Below, in pieces: positions 1 to 13,078 of a stretch of DNA of 64,000 bases. Position 1 is the stretch's first letter. The number at the start of each line of letters is the position of its first letter. Source of the stretch: Owenia fusiformis. Its lineage: Eukaryota. The notes beneath the pieces were generated by a model. That model was not told where the DNA came from. It was given only the letters and a program-made list of their open reading frames with translations, and ran no database searches. The stretch is taken from positions 15,934,001 through 15,998,000 of the forward strand of contig CAIIXF020000001.1 of NCBI GenBank assembly GCA_903813345.2, in the 5' to 3' direction. The translations under genes and the position numbers were made by a program.

Positions 1-1894
1 CCATGTCTATTAGTATGGTATATAGTAGTAGTATCATTTCAAATAATCATCAAATATAACTGGAAATAAGCTGAGAAGATCGATATATTCTATTTCAGCA
101 ATTTACGAACCCTACCATCCTTCATCAAAAGGTAGTGTTGAAGGCTTCATTGCTATTCCAATATTCAGAAGAATGAAGTGAAATACCCATGGGCCAAGGA
201 TGGTACCCTGTGTGATTTCAGACGTTAAAGGATGGGTGTCAATTTATTGTTTGATTATCTTCTGAATAGTTTGATACCATTTACTGTGAAAATGTATGGT
301 ACGCAGTATAGTATAGATGCCCTCCACATAGCCTATACAATCATCAGATCTTGGTGTTAATTTTTTAGAGATTAAGTGCTGGCAACACAGAAGAAAGCAA
401 TTAAGAACCGTATGAACACTAACACGTAAGAGCCGGTCTAATTAATTACAAAGTTATTGGAAGCATATCACAAGATACACCTTGTAGATTAACATCAAAG
501 CCAATAATAAGTTATGTCATTAATATCCGAAACTCAGTATGGATCAAGAACAAGAATTGTTTTATAGTATAGCCGAAGGGAGAGATCAATACTCTTCAAC
601 CTCGAACTTTCCGATGGTCTCAAGTTTCTGAACACGGGGTGTCAGTTCTTCATAAACGCAATTTATTTCATCGTGGTAAGCCACGCCCTCTCCACCTCTA
701 TCCTTCTGCGATGCAACAGAGAGAGATGCTATGAGTATCAGAATGAATTTATTTAGTCTTAGTATTGAGTCAAAAGAGGATTTGCTATATAGGTGGTTAA
801 AATAGATGGCAGTAGAGGTTTTGGGCAGGCAAGAATCCTATAGACCCCTGACAAAAGTTACTTAATGTCTTGATTTATTTCTAATTGCATGATTGGATTA
901 CAGTAATGTAAAATTATATGTGATATGCTGCGCTCCCTCGGTCAATATCATATTACCCTTCGGTCAATATCATATTGTCCCTCGGAATAAAACCCATATT
1001 CAATCCCTCCCAGTAAATAACCTATATATATCATATATAGTCTAATAGTAATATCATATGTATATAGCACTATGCAGTACATGCAATATTGCTATAGGAA
1101 TATCCTATGGATTTGAAAAAATCATTATATCCGTGAATGATGTTGATATCTTCACGAGTGGGTGTAATTGATACTTTACCCAAACCAGATGATTGTCCGT
1201 TTATCCCATGGGAAGTGATATTCGATGGTTTTGGGGATTTTTGCTTATGATATCTTGATCCACATATCAATATATTTTGGTGATATTCGATCTATATCAA
1301 CTATTGGATAAAATCTGATATTATACATTCGTTACTTGAGCTGATAATCTGATATTCATTCAGGTGTATACTCCCGGTATATACCATAAAATATGAACTT
1401 TGATTTTTCAGAAAATAGATTAGGAATGGAGACACAAAACGAGTTTGGAATTTGCTATATTTTAAAAGATATAGATATGCATTTTTGCTCCTCGTCCTGT
1501 CATAGAGTTATTGCAATTCTATCATAAATTGAGACGAATATTTATGAACTGCACCCTTAAACTTGATAGCTAATTTTGAATTAGTAATATATAAAATCAG
1601 GTTAAAAAAGGTGTTATTGTTTCATAAGGCTTTGGCTACAAGAATTAATTCCTATATTTTAGTGAAACTGTATATTTAAGATTATATTTGAATTGTGTTA
1701 GGTTTTAATATGTATTGTGTCTTGTGTCTTATAGCTGTTGTGCAAACAGTAACTCGCTGTCTTTACTCTTTTAGGATGACATGGGTGTCTTTCCACAGAA
1801 TGTAATAAGAGCTGAGTATGGTAGTCATCTTGATCCATCAAGGTTCATGGTCGCTTTAACAGTGTCACATATACAAAGAATTGGTGTCTCGCGT

Positions 1895-3078
1895 TCATTT
1901 TTCTATTTTCATTTTTACAATGTCAACCTGATCTCTAATCCTGGTCTTGGTGATGGCCAACTGCCCAATCTTGATTCCCAAGTCTACGATACCTTGACAT
2001 CCAACTGCATTGGAACTCGCATATGCTAAATTTTTGCCTGATGGTAACATTTGGGGATTAGGTTGTGAGGATTAGGATGAGATTAGGATATGAATTAAAT
2101 TTGTAACTACACCTTGATTATACTTTAAATTGTCTCCAACAATAGCAATAACAATTATCGAATCCCTATCAAATTATTATTCAATTATCTCTAGATCTGC
2201 ATAGAATCCATCCTCGATTAAATATAATCCATCCTTGATTAAATAAGTGATTGTCGAAAACATCTTCACTACAGCCTGTGATAATGTAATGATTGGAGAT
2301 ACTATGTTTTAAACTTTATGATTGGATTAAAATTTCACACCTAAATACGGTTTGATAATGTCGCACTTAGGCCAATCTGATGCTGATCAGATCGTTCTGT
2401 TTTCAGAGCTAGAACATGAGAAAGGAAGAATGCTGCGATATCTGGATGCGCTCTTGGGTGTAATTCGACTACTATATGAAGCAAACCAAATTAATATCAC
2501 CTGAACATTGAAACCTCCATGGATGATATAATAATATTATACAAGTATACTCTCCTAAGCCCGCATATGGATTGGTTTATTATATAGCTGCTATACTCGA
2601 GATTAATAAATGAAATATGTTGCTGTTATTGTTCTATTCATATATGATACCTATTAAGCGGAATTAATTCCCCACAAAATGGTAAATAGGAAGTAATCTA
2701 AGCAGACGAAAGCAAAATAGATCACTAGATACTGTACATTCTCTATAAACATAACTCGATCACATATAAGCATATTTTACCATGAACAAAAGATCAAATG
2801 ATTTCCATGGCAACAACATCTAATACATCTATAATTTGCTAAGTTTAATCCTCAGCAAATTAACCTACTAGCAGCTGACGATACATACCTTGTATAACCA
2901 TGTCATATTGCTGGCTGCTATAGCTGTTATTGTACCTATCTCGGGGCGAAGTTGCCCCTCCATAATGTCTGTTGGTTCCTCCGCTTTTCCTCTGAGTCTG
3001 GGGACTTGTTCCCCTTCTGCCCAACCCTGGCAGCGGAGGTAATCGCCGATTGTTTATTTGGCGAGCAGGATTGGACAT
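1895..3078 (-). CDS. Possible small two-exon gene of unknown function (~110 aa), or a spliced lncRNA
   Basis: Exon 3078-2889 is higher in GC than its flanks and ends at a strong donor caag|gtatgt (phase 1). It joins in frame to acceptor catcag|gc at 2037, with a stop at 1897-1895. No recognisable domain. Confidence 0.25.
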
Positions 3079-6000
3079 TGTCTGTTCTAGGTAGTGCCTG
3101 TACGTTTTGATTTATCTTTTAACTATCATGAAATATGACAACCTCCAGTGGCGATCACGATACCTCCATTAGGCGCATTGGTGTCTTCGCCGTCATCTGG
3201 ATTCTAATACGAATCAATAGTAAACAATGTCCTGGCTCTTGTTCCTCTTGTTGCTACATATCTCATTTGGCTCTCTTCGATCAATCGATGAATCCCAATA
3301 TCAAACGCTTGACAACATCTTATAATCTCCTCCTGTGCCAGGTGTTACGTTCAGTTAGTAGCAGTTAAAGACGCAGTATCTCACACGTTAAGAATCTCGG
3401 CCTTTCTGGTTTTAAAACTCCCAGTAATATTGTCAGGTGAAATCAAGCGGCTCTTATACAGGGATGATAACCGATTAGTAATGACTGAATAGACTAGGCT
3501 TGCATCTATGTATACCTGTAATATATTAGGGATCATGATCGATATAAGGTCCCACGTCACATGTACATGGCAACCTGCCGTTTTGTGTACTGATCATATA
3601 CCCAATATCTATAAAAGCCGGGGGTTTTCAAATACCTCGATTCAATTCTAAAGCAATACTAATGTCTATATATATTTAAAGACTGTGCAAATGTTGGTAA
3701 ACTGTAAAGTAAAGTTGGTAGAACTGGAAGCTAAAGGTCGAACTATGGACCTGGTATTATCAACAATAGGAACAATAAAATGCTGTTTTTGAACTTTGTC
3801 ACTACAAAATAAAAGTACTTAAATTTTGACTCCTTTTCAATCGTTCTATTTAGAATTCTACTATTTATTTCGTGGTTATTTAGTTTAAAAAACGGTAATA
3901 CAATACAAAATACACTCTAACAAATACACAACTCATTTGGGAGGTTTCAACTTATCACATTTTATTGCAACCAATGTTATCATATAAATCAATGCCTAGC
4001 TTTTAGAATGAAGCAGTCCACTTAAAGTATATGGTTACAAATAAAACAGATAGGTCCATTATACAAAAATTATTGAATATATGAATTCATTAGAAATTGA
4101 ACACGATGTCACTCTGACAAAGTTCAGTGATTTAAATCAATAAGAATTGTTATGAAAATAATCATTTTGTAATTAATAACTATTATAAATGTCAACTTGA
4201 AAAAAAATAAGTTAATGTATATGGAATTAGAAATCTGTACTAATAAATGTCTATACCGATCGCTAACACGTGATTTAACGTTGTGCCCTGGTAAGTTCTT
4301 GGTTATTCATCCAAGGTAAGTTAACTTATAAGACCTTTAATTATGAAAAAGGAGATGTCATCCGTTATTGGTTGTGTTTCCTCTCAATTCCGAAAGACAT
4401 AAAAGCCTATCAAGTGAATCATGACTTTACATTTACCTAACACTAATCAATACCTGGATATATACATACATAGGTATGTTTAATACTCTGTGTAGATCTA
4501 TACGTGAGCATACTCATTAAATGGCATCATATTTCCTTTTATCTTGATCCCTCTGATGACTATGTTGCTACCATATCGCAATTGATAGATACCTACACTA
4601 TTGGACTCAACGATGTTTATGCCGTTGTAGATACGAGGTCGAATACATGATTTATTGGAAGAACCCAAAGGGCAATATTAGAACGGAACATGGTTGCAAA
4701 ATATATCTCCATTAACCCTTTAGAAGTTAGAACCATATATCCCCAATCTTAATGAAATATTGAATGCCTGCACTATTTTAGAGTCAATGGGCGTACATGT
4801 CTTATACCATATAGCCCCTGTATCCGTTGCATATATAGATAGCCCCCAACCCCCATATAATATATATATATATAAATTATAACAATTAATTATTATTATT
4901 AATTAATTAATTCATTATCAATTATATTGATAGCATCGATGCCAGCCCCCCCCCCCAAGATGGACCTAGAAAAAAAAATTGGGGCCAAAAATTAGAAGGG
5001 CCCCACAACTGGGTCATTTTGGGCCTTATTTCTTAAGTAAGGCCAAAGTATCAAGAAAATGGGCCTTAAATTTGGGGTTTTAGGGGCTCAAAATAGTTTT
5101 CTTCGTCAGAATTTAGGTAATACTTGAAATCTTTACCCATTTATTACCTTCAGTGTCAGAGGCTAGTACATTAGTAATTGAAAGGGTTCCAAATTAAGAA
5201 CCTCTTGAGTTGATAACGCAAACGTTATTTGAGAAAACTAGAGGGCCACTATTTTAGTCACCCTGTGGTTTACATACGTTAATTGTAAAATAGCGCTAAA
5301 ATCAAATTAATGAAATTGCTCTAACCCTTTATTAATGAGATCACACTTCAGCAACTCATGATAACGCACTATTGTAAGAAATGTAAATATTGCAAACACA
5401 ATAACTAGAACATTACAAAACGGTTGTCGACGTAAAAGAGAAAACATTTAGGCCGTACATTTTAAATCTAAAGAGTAAAAATGAACTACGAACTAGCAAT
5501 TCAAGGCATTATCATGCAAACCGTCACTACCTGCCATTTGTTACAGAAGCCAAATGCCGAACACCGTCCACAAAAAATCGAGATTATACCAATATATCAG
5601 CACTTCCTGGAGGTGACATAAAAAACATTACAATTTTGAGAAAAACTGAAATATTCTCATGGTCAACACTTTTGTTCCAGGGAAAATAAATTAACAGAAT
5701 ATTTCAATTTTTGTAGGAAATTGATAAAAAAAATATGCCTATCTCATCATATTCCAATTGCAAAGTATAAAATGGCATTTATTTTTTCTTTTATTTTCAT
5801 CTTCTAAAATCACTTACAAATATATTTAATAGGTTGTCTAAAGATTTCCATGTTTCGCATTTGTACTTCTTTTATTCTCGTACAACAGTTCAATAGATGG
5901 CAACACGAGTCAACACACCGTACAAAAGTGTTGAACAACCGTGACATTCAGGTTTTCCCCCGGGGTTGTCCGTGAAATAAAGATCAAGATGTTTTTCCAT

Positions 6001-6821
6001 GAATGATGATTTTTCAAATATCAAACTGCAAATTGACTTTTGAGCTTTTTAGCTACAGACAGAAAAGGAGCTCATGGGGTAACAAAATTGACATCAAAAT
6101 GTAAAAGTAATCTACCAATCTATGCCATACAATCTCATATTGTAAATTGGTGAAGTTATTAAAGATTCGAAGTGCAATGTTGGGAGGAAATGTTCCAAAT
6201 ATGATAACCATTATTCCAGAAAAATAATACATTATCGTAAAAATCGTTAGTTTCACTAATGTAAAGTATACACTTGTTGGATATTTAGAATGACATGGAA
6301 AGGAATGATAGGAGCCAAAATTCGCACGGAGAATGGGTATAACTTTTGAAATCAGCAATTTTCGGGATTTTTTTACTATGACTGTCAATACTAAGTCGGT
6401 GAAAATAAAATTTATAGCACTTTTGCATGAACTTATTGAACGACCTCGTAAATTTGGATTTTTCATTTCAATACTAGTATAGAGCAGGATAAAAAAATAG
6501 ACGGTGAGTATGCTTTTCTTTTGTAAAATCGGCACATTGAAAAGAAAATCATCATCTGTAAAAGCCAGTTTTAACCGATCTGAACATGTATTACGTAAGC
6601 ATCGTAATTTAGGACATTTCACTCAGATCACACCCGTTTTACGATTGTAAGGACGGAAGAGGATGTTTTGTTAACTAATGTGACTAGGTCTCTAACACAC
6701 CCGATTCCATTAGAAACGCATTAAAAATAAATACAATGAAAAAAGTATGCACTAGCGCTCAAAGGACGAACAATTTATCACTTCAACCAGATATTTAGGT
6801 CATTCATACGACCTCTCTAGG

Positions 6822-7235
6822 AAACCTCAGTCAGATTTTCCACGGCGACCATACGGTTTAAGTACCAAGGCAAACGCAAGACGGTCATAGGAGGCTCCTA
6901 CGACGATCCTACGGTCGCCTCAATTGTAATTGTAGTTCTCAAAGGTGAAGTTTACCCATAAAACCCCAGGGCAGCAGCAAGTCGATCGTACATCTGACGT
7001 ACGGCCACAGTGGAACCTTTCTACGGTTTGGCTACGGCTTGTTAATGTATACTGTGCCGTAGTAATGATAAAAGTTACACCTTCAAGTTATATTTTCCAT
7101 CGCGACTATACGGTCTGTAAAAAAACTGAATACGCAATACGGACACCGTAGACTTTCTACGGTTAACGAAGAAATATCTATTTCAGAGAACTATGGTCAA
7201 CAAAAGGTCACCGTAGAGTAAATGTGACTGAGATC
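6822..7235. mobile_element. PIF/Harbinger-like MITE just downstream of the transporter stop codon
   Basis: CTCAGTCAGATTTTCCACGG...CCGTAGAGTAAATGTGACTGAG; interior rich in TACGG/CCGTA. Confidence 0.6.
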
Positions 7236-7281
7236 TAAATAAAACAGCAACCAACGATAATCGTATACCACTAAAGGTCCT

Positions 7282-10200
7282 TCAAGATATCCCAGACTGA
7301 TTTTTCTTGTCAATGTCCAATCTAGCATAATTGGCTGTTACGCTAAGTAGTAAAGGAATGGATAAGACACACGATCCTAGTAAACACCAATTCATCCAGA
7401 CCGCTCCTAAAAGTAATTAAAAATTCATTTTTAATAGTGTCTGCAATAATTTCCTAATATGAAATACAGAAACTATGTAAATTTTATTGGAAATGATTTC
7501 AATTTGGTTTATTTCTTATACGTTCTTCAGGGATTGGTTTTATGAGTGGACCACCTTAAGTACCTATGTTTGGAATAAATAGTAATAATAGAAATATCAT
7601 TCCAATTGTAGTATTCAAGCCAGTTAACATCCCTCCGGTGATGCCTTCTGCCACAGGGAAGCAGGTCTCACAGGCAAGCTCATATAACAAGGGGATTCCA
7701 CCGTTGATGAACACGCCCATCAGTACAATGCTTGTATAGAGTTGAACTGCAGAATCAATACATTTATTAGCACAATCATTATATTAGCACAATCCTTGCA
7801 TAATGTTGAACTGCAACATTTTTCATGCTGGTATGAGAAACGTATTAATAACCCTGACAGGAATGCTGAGTTTACAATATTTCTATATTATATTTTGGGT
7901 AATCTCCGGGCTATGTTGACCAAGGCAATGAAATAGAAACACTTAGAAAAACATTTGTTTGTTGAACACAAACAATTATAAATATATTATATTATGACGA
8001 AAATGCAATGGTTCTTTTTCAATGGTCAACCTAACCTTTATCGGCTGGTTGTGTAGAATTTGCCGTTTGCATCCATATTACACAAAACCATACAACTGAC
8101 CCCAGAGACAGGGAGGCAAGGACAACAAGCATTCTCTTCAACTGGCCAGACAGGCAATCGGCCACCCTAAAATATGATTGGCTCATGGATATACTTTTTC
8201 AATTCAAAATATTTTGAATCAAGAAAGTTCAATTGAGGAAAATAAGAAAACACAACATAAAAATTAGTACATGCATTTTTTTTGATTCTTAGTTATGAAG
8301 CATACTCGTTTCCCAGTTTGATTTTCAATGAACACATCCTACCTTGGAAATCCAAGATGGTTATGAAGTGGAATAATCTCAAACTTGAATGCAATGTTGT
8401 GCGAAAACATCATTGTTACGTATTGTTAAAATTCCAAACGTAAATCTTAATTATAATTGAACGTTGGTCAACTTCTATGCACGACGATGGCTTAAAGTAC
8501 TAACCCTGACATTACAAAACCCGCTACAATTCCACCGACTGTGGCATAGAATCCTAAAAGGCTAGCTTCATTTTGCTCTATGCCAATTGGTCCAAGGTTA
8601 ATGTCCAGAATGGTAACCCAGCTTCCAAATATGCCAGTTGGTAGTGAGTATGCCAGACCAACTAACCAGAATTGAGGTTTCCTGAAAAATGTTGAACTAG
8701 ACGAATGGCTCAACAAAGCATTTTGGATAAAAATATTATATAATTTCATAAATGGAAACTGAATTTTGGAAAAAATAAATACAGAACTTTAATATCTGAT
8801 GCTGTTTGACAATACTTCCCAAAATGGGGGCCCCATTTTTCAATTGTAATGAATTCAACATGTCAACACTTACATCCTACATAATTTGCTGCCACTTTAA
8901 GCACAGTTTTTACCTGATTAACAAACCAAATCCTTTTTTGAAATCTACCCTGTCCTTGCTTGCGGATGCACTTGGTGGTGTCGGGGGTTTGTCGGGAAAA
9001 TAGATCAGCACTAGCAGAAACAGAACACCACAGACAGCACATTCTGAAAATACACCAGCACTATGTTAAAACATGTCCGCACCACGTTAAGAATATGCCA
9101 ACACAAGGTTAAAAATAGGTCGGCACTAGGTTACGTTAAAATATATATAAAGCGATATGAAAGCACTACGTTAGAGGTATGTAAGCACTCCATTAGAAGT
9201 ATGTAAGCACTATATTAAAAATCAACATATTCCTCTGAGAAGTATTTAAAATATCAGTACCAATGTGTGAAATAATGGGTCGGAATCAGCCCATTTCGAA
9301 GAATAAAGAGATATAAATGATTCTGCATCAGAAGGTTATGTCAGATTATGCAAATGCCAATGAAAACCTTTATATTACCTGTATACATCAGGTTCAGAAT
9401 TTCACCTTTCTGTTGATCCAAGAACGGTGGACCTACAATTAGACAATCTGAGGTAAATTACATCTTCGAACGCTCGGTCTTCACTGCGTTCAACCGACCG
9501 ACGGGAGCCGAGTGAACGAAGATGGGTAAATTACACATTTATATTTTTGAAAAGCCTCTTTTATACAAAATTGTATAATTTGATAACCAGACAGATCATT
9601 TTGGATTACCAAGGTATGAAGTTTACATGTGATTGAAAATCAAACTTGTAAGCAAGATGCAGACAGATCATATGGCTACTACCTCAGTCACATTTGCTGT
9701 ACGGCTATATCGCAGCCGTGGGCATAGTTCGCCCGATAAGAAAATACCTGCGTTCGCCCCAAGGTTGCCCTATTTTGTTATTTTTGAAGGCCGACGTAGA
9801 GGTTGGCAGGGAATTAAAGCACGGATTTTTATTTCTACGTTCGCCGTAGCAATTAAACAAGTCGAAGCCATGCCGTGGGGTTTCCCAAGGTATTTGTCAA
9901 AAACCTAAGTCCGCCGCGGGGACCATAGGCGACATTGTGTCATAATTTCAGTCGATACGACAGCCGTATATACTTTTCCTCTATGGCGGCCTTATAATTT
10001 CTACTGACCATAGGAGATTTAGAGGGCACGGCCACCGTAGTAATGTGACTAGTGCAGAACGCATATGTGTACATATCTAACTGTTTTCAAAACATACCAG
10101 ATGTATTCGCGTAACTGCTAGCGTTGATGAGAGAAGAATTTGCGGACGATGGCTCACTCACAAAGGCAATCCCTAACATGAAGGAAGATGCGTCCCCAAC

Positions 10201-12024
10201 ATATGAGAATATTGCTGCAATAGCTGTTGCAGTTGTCCTTTGGTTGGTTGGAAACCATAGAGATGACATCAGAGAGGGACCTCCAAATGGAACAGGTCCT
10301 GCCAGACCATTCAACAATTGTCCAGTCATTATCAACCTAGAATGGCATTGTATGTAGGCTTAGCAAATTCTATTATTCACATGCCCGTAGCCCTCCCCCG
10401 CCAGCTGGCCAAAAGGAAGATTCTCGGTTTGGAGAACGAAGTTCATCAATCTAAATGAGCATTATCCCTGCTTCGGACAAATTTGATTTTTTTACATAAT
10501 AAAGATTTGAATGTCTTCTTTTGAATAGTCATAATTTAATTTGGGTAATATTTCTAGATTTTTCGCAAAAAAATGTTAGCGCAGTACACTGATGAACTTC
10601 TTTCCCCAAATCGAGACTTGTATTTATATTGAATCGGTCTATTTGAGCATTATCCCTGCTTCAGACCAATTTGTTATCTTTACATCTTGTAGATTTAAAT
10701 GTCCTCTTTTGAATGTTCATAGTTTAATTTGGGTAATATTTCTATATTTTTCATGAAAAAAATTATTAGCCCAGGAGACTGTTCTCCAAACCGAGAATCG
10801 TCCTTTCTTTCAAAATCATGCAGTTTTTCACCATTCTGACTATTTTTTGAGTGAGTTTTGGCCTAATTTGCCAAAGTTCTTTTTCAAGAAGGAACCAATA
10901 GAATGCCATAATTTCTAAGGATGGACAAAACAAGTTTTGATGCAACGTGGATTATTGTTTTTCTTTCTTCCTCAAACTTTTCAGATCAATGAAGATCATG
11001 CTGTATAAAATCAGAAAGCTCATGGGATACATTTTTAGAAAAGATAAAACAAAAAGTCATTTTGACTTACCATGTGGCGGCAGTGGGCGAGGTTGTGATA
11101 CACCTGAGTGCTGTGCCGCAGAACATTAACAAAGTGGCTCCTACCATGGCTACTCTCATTCCTGGAACCAAACTCAATGTCAAGAAATGTGGAAATATTT
11201 CAGATTTTTTCCAGCTCTTTAAAGAAGTATAGTTTTGGTTGTATCTGTATTTGCTCTTAATATTTCTGGGATTTTTCTGATGCTTAAAATTGAATCATGG
11301 AACTTCATGTTGGCCGTTTGCCAACAAATCATTTAATTTTGAGAGACCTCGTTCATTGTTCATGTAAAGATAGATAATTGAGATAGACTAAGATAGGGCA
11401 GGCAAGGGGATTCCCCGACTAGCTTACATCTGAAAGAAAATAGCTTAGGACAGCAATTTGAAATGAAGTCTGCTATCAAATAAAAGTGGCATAACATTGT
11501 GTTTCAAATGGGCATAGCGTAGAGAGAAGACGGAGTTGATGGCGAGATAAACTACATGAAGGGTACTATAAACAAAATTTGAAATTCAAAGTCGAAATTG
11601 TGAATGCCTACCTCAATGAATACTCACCTTTATCATCCATCACCCAAGATGTAAAAGGAAAAATGAAATATGCTACATTTCCTAAAGCCGGTGGTAAAGC
11701 CAGTATACCATCACTCCAACCAAACACAAACTTTACTGAATTTCCAATGGGGCCGAATGTATTCCATACTGCCGCCTGAGTTGTTGAGACCAGAGAGAAA
11801 AGTATCAGAATATACCACCTCCTTTTGTATAATATCACAGTATTGGTACTATCATCAGTTATGCTATTTTGAGAATCCATAAGCTCATTTTTATCAGGTT
11901 TTGCTTTGTCTTCGTGGTTTGGATACCTCCTATAGTTTGCAATAACTGGTGCTTGGACTTGGTCATCACGGCAATAGTCGTCTATCGTGTTGCCTTCTTG
12001 TATTAGCGGGCTTCTTTCATCCAT
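7282..12024 (-). CDS. SLC49A4: SLC49A4/DIRC2-like (FLVCR/SLC49 family) MFS transporter, 9 coding exons, 508 aa
   Basis: Exons (minus): 12024-11628, 11161-11071, 10336-10098, 9432-9379, 9043-8914, 8681-8505, 8166-8036, 7746-7564, 7406-7282. All introns are GT-AG with consistent phases; total 1527 nt, open. SLC49-type motifs: LYKRRWYILILFS..WNTFGPI, GQLLNGLAGP..S.LWFP.NQRTTATAI, YFPDKPPTPPSASA, PLLYELACETCFPVAEG, WMNWCLLG, Y.RLDID. The N-terminus carries the dileucine-like ERSPLI. Family assignment is from motif recall; one-to-one orthology is untested. Confidence 0.9.
9680..10056. mobile_element. PIF/Harbinger-like MITE in transporter intron 3
   Basis: CTCAGTCACATTTGCTGTACGG...CCGTAGTAATGTGACTAG; same end motif as 25344-25889 and 6822-7235. 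Confidence 0.6.
10419..10799. mobile_element. MITE with 19-bp perfect TIR and an internal ~190-bp-period direct duplication, in transporter intron 2
   Basis: GATTCTCGGTTTGGAGAAC...GTTCTCCAAACCGAGAATC; TGAGCATTATCCCTGCTTC occurs twice inside. Confidence 0.75.
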
Positions 12025-12421
12025 TTTGCTGCAGATGTACCATAATATTACGTCTTGTCTTCAATATTTAATTCAGAAAAATGTGGTGAATGTGACTCAT
12101 AACTGCATCTATAAATGGTTTTGTTTTATGTCCAAAGCAAAATCTCCTATTTCATACTTATACTACAGATTTAACAGGCTTCATAAGTCAAGTGTTTTAC
12201 AGATTTAAAACTATTGACAAGTGTATGGTTTTATAGTCTTTGACAAGTGTCTAGTTTCAGACTATCCAATATCGCTAGCTGTTTAACAAGTCTTAAGAAC
12301 ATGTACTGTATCACCCTGGGCGAAGTGATCGAGACCAATTAAAATCTAGCGGAATCGAGTAAGGAAAAGACGATCCTATCAAAAATAAAAAAATCCAGTA
12401 CTCCAAATTTGTAGGGTGTTA

Positions 12422-12606
12422 CGGGATGGTCCAAAAGTTATATTATGGGCGCTGGTTGACAGACATTATAATAAATCTGAACTTATGATATACCAAATTT
12501 ACGATAAGTAAATTCCATATCCACTGGTATATAATATGACATGTTTTCATCAAGAAAATCCATATTTATTTTTGAAATACGAGTGTCCCATTTTTGGACC
12601 ACCCTG
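12422..12606. mobile_element. Small degenerate Tc1/mariner-type MITE in the transporter-mannanase intergenic region
   Basis: TA|CGGGATGGTCCAAAA versus TTTTGGACCACCCTG|TA (2 mismatches). Confidence 0.6.
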
Positions 12607-13078
12607 TACTTGTGTAGATAAAGAGGAGAATTATATAAAATGATGTATTATTTGTAAGTGAATCCTCAACTTATAACTTGTTTTTCAAATCAATATGATA
12701 TACTGACCTCGCAGAAGCAAGAAGCCTATATATGATAGAAAATCTCTTATGACTTTGACATTGAAGTTATAATCTGTGAGGCTACTCTAACAAGAGCCAC
12801 CTAAATTCTAGACCTAAACAGCAGGGCCCTGGGCCCCCGGCCCAGACTGAACTTCTTTAAAAAATAGTACCCGATATTGATGAACACAACATATTCCACT
12901 ATCGAATGCATGCATTTTTGCACAGTTGGTTCTCATTCTTGACAAATGACTGACAACTATCAAAAAGAAAATATATGTACGAACCTCAGAAAAGAACGTC
13001 TGTGTTTTTCACACAATAAAGACTAAATATTGCAAGCGGAATTAAAAATAGCATATTTCTGATAAAGAGGCCGATGAA

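Noticed and set aside
2057-2090. Interstitial telomeric repeat (TTAGG-like)
   Set aside because: Only three scattered TTAGG units, not a tandem array.
6053-6622. 189-aa minus-strand ORF
   Set aside because: GTG start, F/I/L/K-biased composition typical of AT-rich non-coding DNA, and no recognisable motif or splice partner.
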